NCBI GenBank assembly: GCA_963664015.2
Contig: CAXXLF010000002.1
Span: 1,184,001 to 1,248,000 of the forward strand
Reading direction: 5' to 3'
Source of the DNA: Candidatus Binatia bacterium
GTDB lineage: Bacteria; Desulfobacterota; Binatia; UBA9968; CAXXLF01
DNA: 64,000 bases
This document shows positions 11,001 to 22,577 of the stretch, one piece after another. The notes beneath the pieces were generated by a model. It was not told where the DNA came from and did not search any database. It saw only the letters and a list, made by a program, of their open reading frames with translations. Made by a program: the position numbers and the translations under genes. Numbering within the stretch: the stretch's first letter is position 1; each line of letters opens with the position of its first letter.

Positions 11001-12147
11001 ATGACGGTTATGGCCTCGAGCAAATCCTTTTTGATTTCTAGTGAATCATGCTTGGTAACGATTGGGATTTTATCAACTGCCTGGCTACCCCTAGCCCTCG
11101 GTCAGGGTGAGCCAGGTTGGCAGCAGAAATGAAAGAGGGTAAAAAACGCGGCTAAATAAGGAAGGGGAAGTTGTGGTGTGGGGACCACCGGGCCCCAATG
11201 CTCGTGATTCATTGATCCGCGGTTTCCGAAAGTCCTACCCAGGCATCAAAATCGTATTTACTAGTGGTAGCGGCTCACAAGGTTCTTCCAAATTACTTAG
11301 GGAACGGAGGGCTAACCACTTCCTATTTGATATCCACATTGGGGGTATCACCACGATGCTGTCGACACTGCGGCCAACCGGCGCATTGGACCCCATCAAG
11401 CCTGCCCTCATATTGCCCGAGGTACTGGATTCCACCAAGTGGCTAAAGGGCCGGCTGGATTTTTCCGATGAGACAGGAAAGCACAACCTGGTTTTCACCA
11501 GCGCCGTAAAGATTCCTCTCGCGATCAATCCGAAGCTCGTCAAGCGTGAGGAGATTCATTCCTTTAAGGACCTGTTAGATCCCAAATGGGCGGGGAAAGT
11601 CGCCATGAGAGATCCAACCGGGCCGGGACCGGGCTTAGCGACGGTAACCCATTGGTATGCGCACCCAGCCTTGGGCAAGGAGTTTATCCGAGATCTTTTT
11701 GTTAAACAGAAATTGATTCTCTCGCGCAATGATCGTCAGCTGTGGGAATGGGTAACTCGAGGAAAGTATTCGATTGTCATTTCTCCAAGTGAGCTCGCGA
11801 CCAATGACCTCCAATCAAAGGGTGTACAAGTAGAATTGATTGGGGCGGACCAAATGAAGGAGGGGAGTTATCTCACGGCCGCCTTTGGGAGCGTTGGACT
11901 GGTTAACCGGGCACCTCATCCAAACGCCGCTAAGGTCTATCTCAATTGGCTTCTTTCGCGTGAGGCCCAGACCGCCTGGAGTCAAGCGAGCGGGTATTCC
12001 AGCAGGAGACTTGACGTACCGAGAGATAAACTTAATCCACTCTCGGTCCCTAAAAAAGGCCGTGTGTACCAAGACAATTACAGAGAACAATACGTGCGCA
12101 TGAGGGGCGAGATAAGAGCCCTCCTACGTAAGATTGTCAAAATGTAA
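11001..12147 (+). pseudogene. ABC transporter extracellular solute-binding protein (Fe3+/thiamine-like family) with disrupted N-terminus
   Basis: Body is homologous to 47717-48865 (APHPNAAKVYLNWLLS). The N-terminus reads GQGEPGWQQK*KRVKNAAK, then a frameshift precedes KEGEVVVWGPPG. Confidence 0.7.
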
Positions 12148-12167
12148 AACCCGCACCCTCAGGGATC

Positions 12168-12980
12168 CTACAGCTTTTCCCCAATGGCCAGGACGGCAGG
12201 CATGGGAACCTCAAAGCCACGACCTGATCGATAAGTTGCTACGGTCTCTCGAATAGCGTTACCGATAACCTCCAACGCCTCCGGGAGCTGAGCCCGGAGT
12301 ATTCCTGACGTTCTTACCGTACCTCGTTGCATGGCGCTGAATAGGGCAACCGGCGACGATAACCGCCACGTTTGTGGGATCCGGACGACTTCAGGCCGTA
12401 CGAAGCCCGCCTCAAGCAAGGCACGAATGCATTCTTCCGGTTCGCTGAAGCGAAAGAAGGGGGGGCCGGGGGGAAGCGGAACATTGATGTTGCCATGCCG
12501 TTGGACAGCGTCTAGAACAATGCCGAAGCCCACGGCCTCCTCGGGTTTGCACCAAGCAGTGAAACCGAATCGGCCCGACGACCGCAGGACACGATGGGCC
12601 TCTGCTAAAGCCCGCTCAGGATGAGCCAGATGCAGGACGGCAAAGTTCATGTCCACCGCGTCGAAACTGCCATCAGTAAAGGGCAGCACTTCAGCATCGC
12701 CGACACAGAATCTGCCCGACGGGGTTCGAGTTTTGGCCATGTCCACCATGGCCGTCGAAAAATCCAGACCGACGGCACGGGCGCCACGCCGGGATGCGGC
12801 TGCAATTACGTATCCAGGGCCCGTGGCAACATCCAATAAGCGCACCTTTGGACCCACTAACACCGCGTCTAAGAGAGGACCGGTGGCCTGATCCGTGAGT
12901 TCACCAAAGGCCTCGTGGTAATCGCCAAAGACCGTCTGCCAACCGTTCAGTTCAAACGAGCGAAATGCGTTATCATCCAC
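12168..12980 (-). CDS. Class I SAM-dependent methyltransferase (UbiE-like)
   Basis: LLDVATGPG motif I and GDAEVLPFTDGSFDAV; GTG start with RBS. Confidence 0.88.
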   Translation of the reverse strand: MDDNAFRSFELNGWQTVFGDYHEAFGELTDQATGPLLDAVLVGPKVRLLDVATGPGYVIAAASRRGARAVGLDFSTAMVDMAKTRTPSGRFCVGDAEVLPFTDGSFDAVDMNFAVLHLAHPERALAEAHRVLRSSGRFGFTAWCKPEEAVGFGIVLDAVQRHGNINVPLPPGPPFFRFSEPEECIRALLEAGFVRPEVVRIPQTWRLSSPVALFSAMQRGTVRTSGILRAQLPEALEVIGNAIRETVATYRSGRGFEVPMPAVLAIGEKL

Positions 12981-13149
12981 TGAACCCCTCCCGGTGCTAA
13001 TAGCCCAATGCAAATGTACAGACCTCAAAGCCTATTTATCAAGAATGGAAGGGAAAAAGTATGGTTGGAGGGTGTCGGGGTAATGACCAACGGTCAGTGA
13101 AACAGGGGGTTCGGTCATTAAGACATCCGGGAGGAAACCGGTTGGAGTC

Positions 13150-13782
13150 TCAACTCGATTTATCCTTCATCGTTTGGACTAAATCTTGGAACGAGGATTT
13201 TTCATAATGCGACCGAATTGGGAGGGATAGTTGTTGACGAGGCTAACGTTCTCCACGAACAGATCGTATATTCCCCAATCCCCATCCCGGTTCAACAGCT
13301 TATAAGTGACCGCGTACGGTGTCCCTTTACTATCGGTAACCTTGGAATCGACGCGGGCATAGTCCTCATCGATGACCTCCCGCAGGAAGGTCACGTCACC
13401 CCCCTTAATATAGATCGATCCTATCCGCGTAAGTCATCTCCAGGTAGTCCGTAAAGACGCCGACGAATTCCTCCCGTTCTTCAGCGGTACGGTTGCTCCA
13501 GTAACGGCCAAGAGAGCGGCGTGCCATTTCGCCGAAATTGAATAGGGGATGGACAATCTCTTTCAATCTCTCAATCCGTTCTTTTTCCCCGTTTTCATCG
13601 GAGGCTGTTTCTTTGAGGACCACAAGCCCCTTTTCGATGGCGGTACGGAGCTCATCGGTCAATTCCCCCGCCCGGGTGAGGGACGGTGTCGTTAAAAAGA
13701 ATATCGCGGCCAGAGCCAACCCGGTTACTCCTCGAAGTTTCACGATCGCCACCCCTCCTTGTGCAAGTAAACCAATCCCCAC
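13150..13782 (-). pseudogene. mlaC: MlaC/Ttg2D phospholipid-binding protein, frameshifted twice
   Basis: FNFGEMARRSLGRYW and WGIYDLFVENVSLVNNY motifs; frameshifts at ~13406 and ~13200. Confidence 0.75.
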
Positions 13783-13889
13783 ATACCCTCAGAATATCCG
13801 CCGGTATAGGAATCCGCCCAGGCACCTTTGTTTCAAGCTAAGTTCCATATTTTAAAGGATTATCATACTAATGAATTGTTCTGTAACTG

Positions 13890-13905
13890 AGCAAAACGGA
13901 TGCCA
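13890..13905 (-). promoter_or_regulatory. Sigma-54 (-24/-12) promoter upstream of mlaC
   Basis: Minus strand TGGCATCCGTTTTGCT fits TGGCAC-N5-TTGCW with GG-N10-GC spacing; palindromes lie 60-110 bp upstream. Confidence 0.6.
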
Positions 13906-14279
13906 TAGTCGTAACAGCGTGATCTTTAGGGGAGTTCCATCTTTTTGTGGGAAACGGGAGGTACCAAATTGCGCAATTAATACCGGAAAATGTTCCCCCT
14001 ATGAGAACAATTTTTCACCAATGTTCCGAGGGAAGTGATGGCAATCTCTATTTTCTTAAACCTCTTCCCATAGAATCAGCTCGACCTTCAAGCAAAGGGA
14101 TGTGTAGCCTTGACAGGTGATGGAGGCATTGGATACAAAATGAAGTTGCCAATCTAACCCATGGACGCGTTTTCACGCCGATTACAGAGCAACTAGGTCT
14201 CGATTGGAGCAATACGGCACCCGCCCCGGAATAAATTGGCCCTCAATTTAACTGGGGTTAGAAAGAAGAGCGTTTCACC

Positions 14280-14684
14280 ATGATGGTCATTGATGCCGAC
14301 GGACACGTGGAAGAATCCACTACAATGTTTGGTTCCATCGAGAACGAGTACTACCCAAGGCGGCCATTGGCCCTAGGGTTCGACCGGGACACCGCGCTAG
14401 GGGACCGCAATGCGGTCTGGCTCATCGACGGTAAGGCATATCCCAAATTGACCGGTAAGGGTGGTGTGATTTTCCTGACACCCACCCTGATGGAGAAAGC
14501 AAAACGAAAATCTGTTTCCATTCCCGCTCAAGAGCTCACCGATGTGGATGCTCGTGTGAAAGATCTGGATAAGATGGGCGTCCAGATTCAGGTGGTTTAC
14601 CCGACCCTTTTTTTAACCACCACAGCGGAAGACCAAGCCCTCGAATCAGCCCTCTTTCGGGCCTACCAACCCACGACCCATTAA
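14280..14684 (+). pseudogene. Amidohydrolase N-terminal fragment (truncated)
   Basis: IDADGHV motif and DLDKMGVQIQVVYPT, ending after 134 aa. Confidence 0.7.
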
Positions 14685-14707
14685 TTCCCTTAGAGACGGA
14701 GGCTCTC

Positions 14708-15916
14708 ATGCAAGCAACAAACAGGATCATTTCAGGCGACTCACATGTGGAAGTCGATTCCAAGCTCTGGGTCCACCGGGTCGACTCCAAGTATCGTGAC
14801 CGGACCCCGCGTGTCGTGCGACTTCCCAACGGCGGCGATGGCTGGGTGGTCGAGGGAATGCCCCCACGGCAGGTGGCTTCGGACCTGTACGGCGGCATGG
14901 GGCGAGAGGTCTGGCAGCCCTTTGGACAGAGGTACGAGGATACGCCGGGGACAGGTCCTGGAGAGCAACGGATCCAGGAACAGGACCGTGACGGCATTGC
15001 CGGGGAGGTGCTATTCCCTAACCAACAGGCGGGCCCAAAACTGTGGCGCAATATCAAAGACAACGACGCCTACAAGGCGGTGGTGCGGGGCTACAACGAC
15101 TGGCTGGCGGAAGAGTACTGCACGGTTGCTCCCGACCGCTTGATAGGGATCGGCGTCCTACCGAAGACCAACATCAAAGACGCCATTAGGGAGATGGAGC
15201 ATTGCGCCAAGACCGGCATGAGGGGAGTCCTGTTAACAAACTTTCCAAGCAACCATATCCACCCGACGGACGAGGACGACGAGTTCTGGAGGGCAGCCCT
15301 GGACATGAACATGCCGGTGACAGTTCACGTGGATTTGGATCGATCCGGCGCTGGCGTGGAACTGGGTCAAACCGGTCCTTTTGAAGAAAGCCTCCTGTAC
15401 TACCCCAAGGACTCTCCAGAGGTGCGTGAGAAGATTGGCCGCAACGGTCTCGTCGAACAGGTCTCCCGATTCGGACCCGTCCGGGGCTCCGGTGCCATTC
15501 CCGCTGTGCAGTTGGCATTGTCCGGAGTGTTCGACCGCTTTCCCCATCTGAGGATTTTCTTTGCAGAGAACCAGATCGGCTGGATCCCCTTCTTCCTTCA
15601 GATGGCCGATGTCCGCTACGACCGCCATGTGCACTGGACCAAGAGACTGCTTGGCTTCGAGCCGCTGAAGCGCCTACCCAGTGAGATAATACGAGATCAC
15701 TGTTGGTGGGGATTCCAATTTGACAGGATCGGCGTTGAGATGCGCCACCACATCGGTGTCGATCGCGTCATGTGGGGATCCGATTTCCCCCATCAGGAAT
15801 CCGACTGGCCGAACTCACGGGAAATCCTGGAGCGAAACTTTACCGGCGTCTCTGAGGAAGAGACTTACAAGATGTGCGGCGGTAACGTCATCGAGTTTTT
15901 CCACTTGTCCCAGTGA
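14708..15916 (+). CDS. Amidohydrolase_2 family (LigW/ACMSD-like decarboxylase or hydratase)
   Basis: ISGDSHV, PVTVHV, GVFDRFPHLRIFFAE and MWGSDFPH. Confidence 0.88.
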   Translation: MQATNRIISGDSHVEVDSKLWVHRVDSKYRDRTPRVVRLPNGGDGWVVEGMPPRQVASDLYGGMGREVWQPFGQRYEDTPGTGPGEQRIQEQDRDGIAGEVLFPNQQAGPKLWRNIKDNDAYKAVVRGYNDWLAEEYCTVAPDRLIGIGVLPKTNIKDAIREMEHCAKTGMRGVLLTNFPSNHIHPTDEDDEFWRAALDMNMPVTVHVDLDRSGAGVELGQTGPFEESLLYYPKDSPEVREKIGRNGLVEQVSRFGPVRGSGAIPAVQLALSGVFDRFPHLRIFFAENQIGWIPFFLQMADVRYDRHVHWTKRLLGFEPLKRLPSEIIRDHCWWGFQFDRIGVEMRHHIGVDRVMWGSDFPHQESDWPNSREILERNFTGVSEEETYKMCGGNVIEFFHLSQ

Positions 15917-15986
15917 CCTCGACTTGCAACAAACTTCCAGTGAACGAACGCTGGAGATCCTTCTTGGCTGTATTTATCAGCAGATC

Positions 15987-16709
15987 TCAGAGGAGCATCG
16001 TATCAAAGAAAAACTGTTCAGCGGCGGTATAGGATTGGGGTGTACCAATATCCAAAAAGCGTCCTTCACACAAATATTCGTATAACCCCTTCCCAATCCA
16101 TGCAGGAAAGACTTCCGTCTCCAGAGAAACCATATGGGCCGGTTGGATAGCCTCAATCAAAGAGCGGTCGATGATATATATTCCGGCATTGATCCACGCC
16201 GGACCTGAATTGCCGGTCTTCTCGGCAAATTCGACCACCGCTCCATTTGCGTCAACTTTACCCCGGCCGTACCGCGCCGCATCGTTCACCTTGATTAGTG
16301 CCATGGTCGCCCGCGCCCCATGACCTCTGTGCCAAGCATACAAGTGTTCCAGGTCAATGGTGCAGAAGGTATCCCCGTTCATGACCAGCACTGGATCCGA
16401 GTCCAACTTGGGTAAAGCCAGGCGCAAAGCCCCGGCGGTGCCCAGAGGCGAGTCTTCTTGGGAATAGACCAATCGCATCTTGCCCCGAATGTCGCCACAG
16501 GTCATCCATACCTTTTCCCCCAGGTATCCTGTGCATAGAAAAACCCTTCGAGCCCCAAATAATGAAAGTTGGTCCAGCAGGTAGTTCAATAAGGGCTTTC
16601 CATGGATTTCAGCTAAGGCCTTGGGGCGGTCGCCTACAACTGGACTCAAACGGGTTCCCAATCCTCCGACTAAAATCGCTGCCGTTAAATTCGCCCTCAC
16701 ACGTTCCAA
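15987..16709 (-). CDS. Sugar-phosphate nucleotidyltransferase (HddC/GMPP-like)
   Basis: ILVGGLGTRL...PKAL, LGTAGAL, VMNGDT, INAGIY and FLDIGTP. Confidence 0.88.
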   Translation of the reverse strand: MERVRANLTAAILVGGLGTRLSPVVGDRPKALAEIHGKPLLNYLLDQLSLFGARRVFLCTGYLGEKVWMTCGDIRGKMRLVYSQEDSPLGTAGALRLALPKLDSDPVLVMNGDTFCTIDLEHLYAWHRGHGARATMALIKVNDAARYGRGKVDANGAVVEFAEKTGNSGPAWINAGIYIIDRSLIEAIQPAHMVSLETEVFPAWIGKGLYEYLCEGRFLDIGTPQSYTAAEQFFFDTMLL

Positions 16710-16724
16710 GGGACGCTCGCCCCG

Positions 16725-17490
16725 TCAATTGATACCCTTGCGCAGTTCCTGAATTCCCTCTTCTAAGGAACGCCGCGCCTCGGAACCTGCCTCACGCAAC
16801 CTTTGGTTCGACACCAAGTAGTTGCGTTTATCCGGGTCCATCCTGATGGGCGCAAAGTGAATGTAGAAGTGGGGGACGAATCCCTTCACCTTGAGCGCCA
16901 GACCCTCTTTGGACAAGTTGGCCTCGTCGAGCCCCACGTTATAAGAACAACCCGTCATCTTCTTGGAGTTTTCGATACCGTAGATAAAACAATTGGCGAC
17001 GTCTCGAATGTGGAAGTAATTGCGCTTGAAGTCCTTTTCAAAGATCACGAGATAGCCGTCTTTGGCAGCGGCATAGACAAAGTGGTTTACGAGAAGGTCC
17101 AGTCGCATCCTCGGCGACATGCCAAACACCGTGACCAGTCGAAGGGGAATGGTATTGGGGGCTGCACAACTCCGCTTCTGCATCCATCTTGCCCCGACCG
17201 TAAAGCGAGACGGGTTCCAACGGGGTCTCTTCAGTACAGTAGGAATCGCCCGATTGGGTCCCGTAGCCGCTGTTGGTCGTTGGGAAGACAACCAATTGGG
17301 CCGGGCTCCGCAGTTGATTGAGAAGTCGGATCGCATCCAGGTTGACCGAGCGGGCAAGCCACGGGTCCCGGTCACAGGCCGGCGCCCCAACAACCGCAGC
17401 CAGTGGGATAATCACATCGGCCTCGCTGACCAGGCTCCGCATCAAACCTTCATCCCGAACGTCACCGAGAATAAAGTGGAAACGCAACTT
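16725..17490 (-). pseudogene. NAD-dependent epimerase/dehydratase remnant (5'-truncated, frameshifted)
   Basis: GDVRD...IIPLAAVVGAPAC and YGRGK in one frame; LRLVTVFGMSPRMRLDLLVN and RNYFHIRDVA in another; no GxxGxxG N-terminus. Confidence 0.75.
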
Positions 17491-18043
17491 GGCGCAGAGG
17501 TGAAGGTAGCGGAGGCAGAAAACTTTATGCTGAGGGGGCCCGACGGATCGGAGCGAGGGAAGATGGGCACGTCTCCCGAAGGTCATCCCTACCTAGTCTT
17601 ATTGGAACGAAGCGGAAGGCCCCGCGTCGCTCTAGGCAGGCTTTATGGACATGCAAGCCGAGAAATAGAAGGGCAAGTGATAACGTACGGGAGTGGGCCG
17701 AGCGAAGGGTACTACGACAAGGACGGCAAACCTCGGTCCACCGTACCCTATTCCCAATGGCTAAAAGAGCGAACCACCTATGTTCAAAAGCCGGGGGAAC
17801 CCGCCGAGTCCGTTGTGGTCATATTTGATGGGTCAGGCAATGTGGCCTGAAGCGTACCGTAGTGAGCCTTTACTTCAGAGCGCATAGAGCAGAAGATAGC
17901 GAACAATAGGCAGCGGGCAGTCTTCAGCCTTTCTGCGATCCTCAATCATCAATTTTCTATTTTCGAATCCCGTTGCTCAGTTCTCACCACTCGTCACTCC
18001 TTCCTGAGGACGCTATAGGTTCTGCGCTTAGCACTTTGCATTC

Positions 18044-18844
18044 TTAAAAATGGCCTAGCTCCTGGGCATGCTTATATATTCCGTCGTGGAACAGAGCGAC
18101 AAAATCCGCATTGGAAAGGCAGGTATATTCAGCAGACCACCCGGGACGCGACCAGACAAGACCGTCTACTAGCATTGTTTGAAACACCGTCTGGGCCACC
18201 TGGCCATGAGCCATCAACCCGTCTTCATGCTCATGAAGATCAGCCTCTTCGTGGACTTTAAAATAGTGCAGTTGGGCGTCGGTGAATTTGTATTTTTCCA
18301 GCAGCGCCTCACGCCACTGCTTTGACCAGTGACCGAACATCTCTTCATTGAGAGAACGCCCCCACCATTCGATCATAGACCCTTCGTAGACCAACCCCCG
18401 GGCAAACTCCGTCAGGGCACGGCACTCGGGATAGACCTCGCAATTGACCATGTCGTCCCGAGTCAAACCGAAAATATAGCCTTGCTCGAGTAACACCTGG
18501 ATATGACCCGGTATCTTTGGATTGACCAGTTCATCACTGATCTTACCCACGTAGGGACCCAACAGCTCCGGGTGGCGGGAGAAGAACCCCTGGTGCCGCT
18601 GGTATATAATGAGATGAAAGTTGTTAATTTCCAGGGGATAGCTGTAGTAGTGACGCCAGAAAAGCTTGATCGTTTCTAGAGGGAGTTTTCCTGCTCTTAA
18701 ATCGCGCATGAAGGGCCCGTCGAATATCTTTTCCTGCCACCGGGCACGCATTTTCTGGCAAATTTCATCCGAGTAGGCCTTGGCCTGCTCGGGGGTAAAG
18801 CTCTGCCCCTGATCCAGCGTAGCGCCTTTGGTTCCGTCCCTCAT
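18044..18844 (-). CDS. Heme-oxygenase-like (TenA/PqqC/CADD superfamily) putative diiron protein
   Basis: PFMRDLRAGKLP, DEL...GH, NEE and YFKVHEEADLHEH metal-ligand pattern. Confidence 0.7.
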   Translation of the reverse strand: MRDGTKGATLDQGQSFTPEQAKAYSDEICQKMRARWQEKIFDGPFMRDLRAGKLPLETIKLFWRHYYSYPLEINNFHLIIYQRHQGFFSRHPELLGPYVGKISDELVNPKIPGHIQVLLEQGYIFGLTRDDMVNCEVYPECRALTEFARGLVYEGSMIEWWGRSLNEEMFGHWSKQWREALLEKYKFTDAQLHYFKVHEEADLHEHEDGLMAHGQVAQTVFQTMLVDGLVWSRPGWSAEYTCLSNADFVALFHDGIYKHAQELGHF

Positions 18845-18915
18845 GATTCCCTCCCTGCTCTCTCATTCACGGGTTTTCACCGACACGACATTCCATTGAT
18901 CGATAGTGCCAAGGG

Positions 18916-19845
18916 TCACGGGAGGGCGAGCGAGATCCCCGTCTCGATTAAGCCGTTTTTCAATTCCTCCCGCTCCTTATCAGTGAAGGGCAAGCAGTCC
19001 CAGCGAGGGAACTTCCGTACCGGAAGACCCCGAAGCTGCATAATCTCCTGGAATGTTACCCGTCCATGGGCCCCCAGATAACGTCCCACCACCTGGAGCA
19101 CTGCAGCGATCTGATCATGGTACTTTCGGGCGTCTTCAGACCGTCCTTCCTTCAAGGCGAGCCACATCTGGACGCATATCTCCGGAAAGGGTGTGGTCGG
19201 CGGGTGAATGGCCCCTCTGGCTCCGAGAGCAAAACCCGAGAAGAGCGATAATACGGACCCTGGGAATACCCCAATGGAGGAAGGAAGCTTGAAGAGATAC
19301 CCCAATAACGCATCGAAGGTGAGAAAAGAGACTTTGATTCCGGCTAGCGAAGATTTGGGGGAAATGGCCTCCTGAATCTTCAATGCCTTTTCCGGAGTGA
19401 CATGGACCCGGGTGGTTTCCGTGTTGTCGTAGATAAACAAAGGGACACCGGGGACGGCTTCCGCGACCTTCTTGTAATGGGCGATCACCTCATAATCATT
19501 GTGGGGATAATAGTAAGGCGTAATTAGCGCCAGGGCATCAACCCCAAGGCCGGCGCCGTGCCGTGCCAAATCGATGGAAGAGTAGGTGTTAGCGGTGCCA
19601 ACCTGGAGGACGATGGGAACCCGCCCAGCGACGCGACGTACGAAACGCTCGGACGCCCGCTTTCGTTCGTCGATCTCCATCACCATACCCTGTCCGTGGG
19701 TGCCGAAGGCAAAAAAGCCTTGAACACCGGCATTGATATAAAAGTCGGTGAGGGCATCGTTGCCTTCATCATCGAAGCTGCCGTCCTCCCGGAAGGCGGT
19801 AGGGGCCGGAATGAGAATCCCTTCGAGCTTTGAATTACTAGCCAT
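18916..19845 (-). CDS. DHDPS/N-acetylneuraminate lyase family aldolase
   Basis: GTHGQG, PYYY, FIYDN and GIKVS (Schiff-base Lys). Confidence 0.85.
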   Translation of the reverse strand: MASNSKLEGILIPAPTAFREDGSFDDEGNDALTDFYINAGVQGFFAFGTHGQGMVMEIDERKRASERFVRRVAGRVPIVLQVGTANTYSSIDLARHGAGLGVDALALITPYYYPHNDYEVIAHYKKVAEAVPGVPLFIYDNTETTRVHVTPEKALKIQEAISPKSSLAGIKVSFLTFDALLGYLFKLPSSIGVFPGSVLSLFSGFALGARGAIHPPTTPFPEICVQMWLALKEGRSEDARKYHDQIAAVLQVVGRYLGAHGRVTFQEIMQLRGLPVRKFPRWDCLPFTDKEREELKNGLIETGISLALP

Positions 19846-20031
19846 GGGCGAGTCCTCTCCTTTGTTGGATTTGCTTTGCTAAGGTGCCCTTATATTTTCA
19901 TCCTCGGGACGTGTCAACCCCAAACCGAAAGATTTTGACCAGAACGAGCTTGACATGAGATTGCCCGTTCGGATAGGTTCCGACGCAATAAGAAAGAAGA
20001 GGGCCCATCCCCCCCCTCAAGAAAGGCAAAC

Positions 20032-21633
20032 ATGGCTTACTACCGCGACCTCAGAGATTGGCTCAACACGCTGGAAGACAAAGGCTATCTGTATCGAATT
20101 CGGACACCTGTAAACAAAGACTCGGAGATGCACCCCCTGGTCCGTCTGCAATTCCGCGGGCTACAGGAAGAAGCACGCAAGGGGTGGCTATTCGAAAAGG
20201 TCACCGACGTCTCGGGCAGGACTTATGACATACCCGTGGCCCTAGCGGTGATGGCCCCCAATCGGTCCGTCTACGCACTGGGGATGGGTGTGAGTTCCCC
20301 CGCGGAGATTGCTGGCAAGTGGACACAAGCACTGTCCCACCCCATTCCACCCCGGATCGTTTCCTCGGCCCCCTGTCAGGAAGTGGTCTACGAAGGTAAG
20401 GCCCTCGACGAGGCAGGCGGTGCCGGCATACTCCCCGTCCCCATCTCCACACCCGGTTACGATTCCGCTCCGTTCCTAAGTTTAGGCCACTGGGTAACCA
20501 ATGACCCTGAAACAGGCGACACAAATTTTGGCACGTACCGGGGTCAGATAAAGAGCCCCACACGTATCGGTTTATTTGCATTTCCTTATCAAGACATCAG
20601 TAAGCACTGGACCAAGGCACAATCCATGGGAAAGCCCCTAGAGGCCGCCATTGTAATTGGCTGCACCCCCAATCTCTCCTACTGTTCTACTTCCAGGCTC
20701 ACCGAACCAGAGTACACGGTGGCGGGAGGTATCGCGGGAGAGCCCGTGGACCTGGTGCATTGCAAGACAGTTGACCTGCTGGTCCCGGCTAATAGTGAAA
20801 TTGTAATTGAAGGGGTTATCCCCACGGATCAGCTCGAACCCGAGGGTTGCTTCGGTGAGTTTACGGGATACATGGCCCACCGTGATTCGGATAAGTTCAT
20901 TAACGTCACCTGCATTACTCATAGACGTGCACCCATTTTTCAAGCCTTTCTTAGCCAGTTCCCACCCAGCGAATCGAGCGTGCTACGCGGCATAGGGTTG
21001 GAGAGCGTCATCACCAAGCTCCTCACCGTGGAGCATAAAATAAAAGAGATTCTCGAGGTGTCACTTCCGGACGCTGCGGGTAGTCACGGGGTCTGCGTCA
21101 TCAGGATGGACAAAAAAGAAAAGACCCTCAAACCGATGGAGGCGTTACACGTGGTTGCCGGAATGCCCAGGGCTGCACCCAAGATCATTATTGCTGTGGA
21201 CGAGGACGTGGACCCGCGGGACGCCGAAGCCGTCAACTGGGCCATGTCTTACCGGATGCAGCCCTATCGCGACATCGAGATCCGAGAGACCGAGTTATCC
21301 CTCGGACTTGATTTCTCCATTGCCCCCCCTGATGCCCGTAAAGATGTGGCATCCATGAAAAGCTCGGCCATCCTGATCGACGCCACATGCAAGTGGGCCT
21401 ACCCCCCGACCTCCCTACCCCAACGGCCATTTATGGAAAAGGCCCAGGCCATCTGGGAGGAGATGGGACTCCCTGAGCTCAAGCTCAAGACCCCCTGGTT
21501 CGGTACTAACTTAGGGAGCTGGAGCCAGGAGGACGTAGAGGATGCCCAACGGGCCCTCCAAGGCGAGCACTACATTACGGGTAAAATTAGGGAAGGACAG
21601 CGGGTAACTCTAAAAAAACCGGAGAAGAAATAG
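20032..21633 (+). CDS. UbiD family prFMN-dependent (de)carboxylase
   Basis: YRDLRDWLNTLE, NFGTYR, EGCFGEFTGY and IIAVDEDVD. Confidence 0.93.
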   Translation: MAYYRDLRDWLNTLEDKGYLYRIRTPVNKDSEMHPLVRLQFRGLQEEARKGWLFEKVTDVSGRTYDIPVALAVMAPNRSVYALGMGVSSPAEIAGKWTQALSHPIPPRIVSSAPCQEVVYEGKALDEAGGAGILPVPISTPGYDSAPFLSLGHWVTNDPETGDTNFGTYRGQIKSPTRIGLFAFPYQDISKHWTKAQSMGKPLEAAIVIGCTPNLSYCSTSRLTEPEYTVAGGIAGEPVDLVHCKTVDLLVPANSEIVIEGVIPTDQLEPEGCFGEFTGYMAHRDSDKFINVTCITHRRAPIFQAFLSQFPPSESSVLRGIGLESVITKLLTVEHKIKEILEVSLPDAAGSHGVCVIRMDKKEKTLKPMEALHVVAGMPRAAPKIIIAVDEDVDPRDAEAVNWAMSYRMQPYRDIEIRETELSLGLDFSIAPPDARKDVASMKSSAILIDATCKWAYPPTSLPQRPFMEKAQAIWEEMGLPELKLKTPWFGTNLGSWSQEDVEDAQRALQGEHYITGKIREGQRVTLKKPEKK

Positions 21634-21697
21634 CTATCAAACATATTTGAAATTTTCCCCTAAGTTTGCCCTTTAAGGGAATCGGATAAACAACGAC

Positions 21698-21776
21698 TCG
21701 CGCAAAGACGCAAAGGACGCCAAGTTCGGCGCAAATAACCAAACTCTTCTCTTTGCGGGCTTGGCGTCTTGAAGCG
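21698..21776. repeat. Imperfect palindromic (REP-like) element between convergent genes
   Basis: Arms CGCAAAGACGCAAAGGACGCCAAG and CTTTGCGGGCTTGGCGTCTTG are built from complementary short units. Confidence 0.55.
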
Positions 21777-21809
21777 ATTAAAATCCGGCTCCTAAAGCTT
21801 TGATGCCCT

Positions 21810-22511
21810 TCAGTCCACCTGGAGGAGAGGATCTTTCAAACCAGCCTCGGCAAACCCTTTTTTTCTGAGTAGACAGGAATCACACTGACCGCAGGGGTTA
21901 CCCTCGGGTGTGGCCTCGTAACACGACCAGGTCGATCCAAAATCCACCCCCAGTTCGTATCCCTTGCGAATAATCTGGTTCTTGCTCATTTGAATGAGGG
22001 GCGTGTGAATCTTGAAACGACTTTTACCCTCGACCCCGGCCTTCGTCGCCAGGTTGGCAAGCCGCTCGAAGGCCTCCACGTATTCGGGTCGGCAATCCGG
22101 GTAACCCGAATAGTCGTAGACGTTGGCACCGAAGAACAGATCCTCGGCACCGATGACTTCCGCCCAACCTAGGGCATGGGCGAGGAATATGGTGTTTCGC
22201 GCGGGGACATAGGTAACGGGGATACCGTGTCCGATCTCTTTCAGTGCCCGTCCCTTGGGTACCGGAATATCCGCAGTGAGGGCGGAACCTCCCGTGGCGC
22301 GGAGGTCCAGAGTAAGGATCAGATGCTCGGCAACTCCCAACGTAGCAGCGACGCGCCTGGCCGATTCGAGTTCTCGGCCATGACGCTGGCCGTAAGAGAA
22401 GGAAAGGGCATAGCACGCAAAGCCTTCGCTTTTCACCGTGGCCAGTACTGTCGATGAATCGGCGCCACCGGATAATAGGACCACAGCTTTTTTCAACTGA
22501 TTTTCTTCCAT
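21810..22511 (-). CDS. queC: 7-cyano-7-deazaguanine synthase
   Basis: [26 protein letters not shown] and TWSCY...CGQCDSC. Confidence 0.96.
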   Translation of the reverse strand: MEENQLKKAVVLLSGGADSSTVLATVKSEGFACYALSFSYGQRHGRELESARRVAATLGVAEHLILTLDLRATGGSALTADIPVPKGRALKEIGHGIPVTYVPARNTIFLAHALGWAEVIGAEDLFFGANVYDYSGYPDCRPEYVEAFERLANLATKAGVEGKSRFKIHTPLIQMSKNQIIRKGYELGVDFGSTWSCYEATPEGNPCGQCDSCLLRKKGFAEAGLKDPLLQVD

Positions 22512-22577
22512 GTGCGGATCGAAAAGAGACAGGAGATGCCCCCCCCCATTGCCCAAGTGACGAAGGGGCACGCCAAT

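Noticed and set aside
11130-11132. UGA read as Trp or Sec in the binding protein
   Set aside because: A frameshift follows within 30 bp, and TGA serves as a normal stop elsewhere in the window.
17880-18043. Degenerate 7-mer repeats after gene ends (also near 31410-31450)
   Set aside because: Too decayed to define a unit or boundaries.
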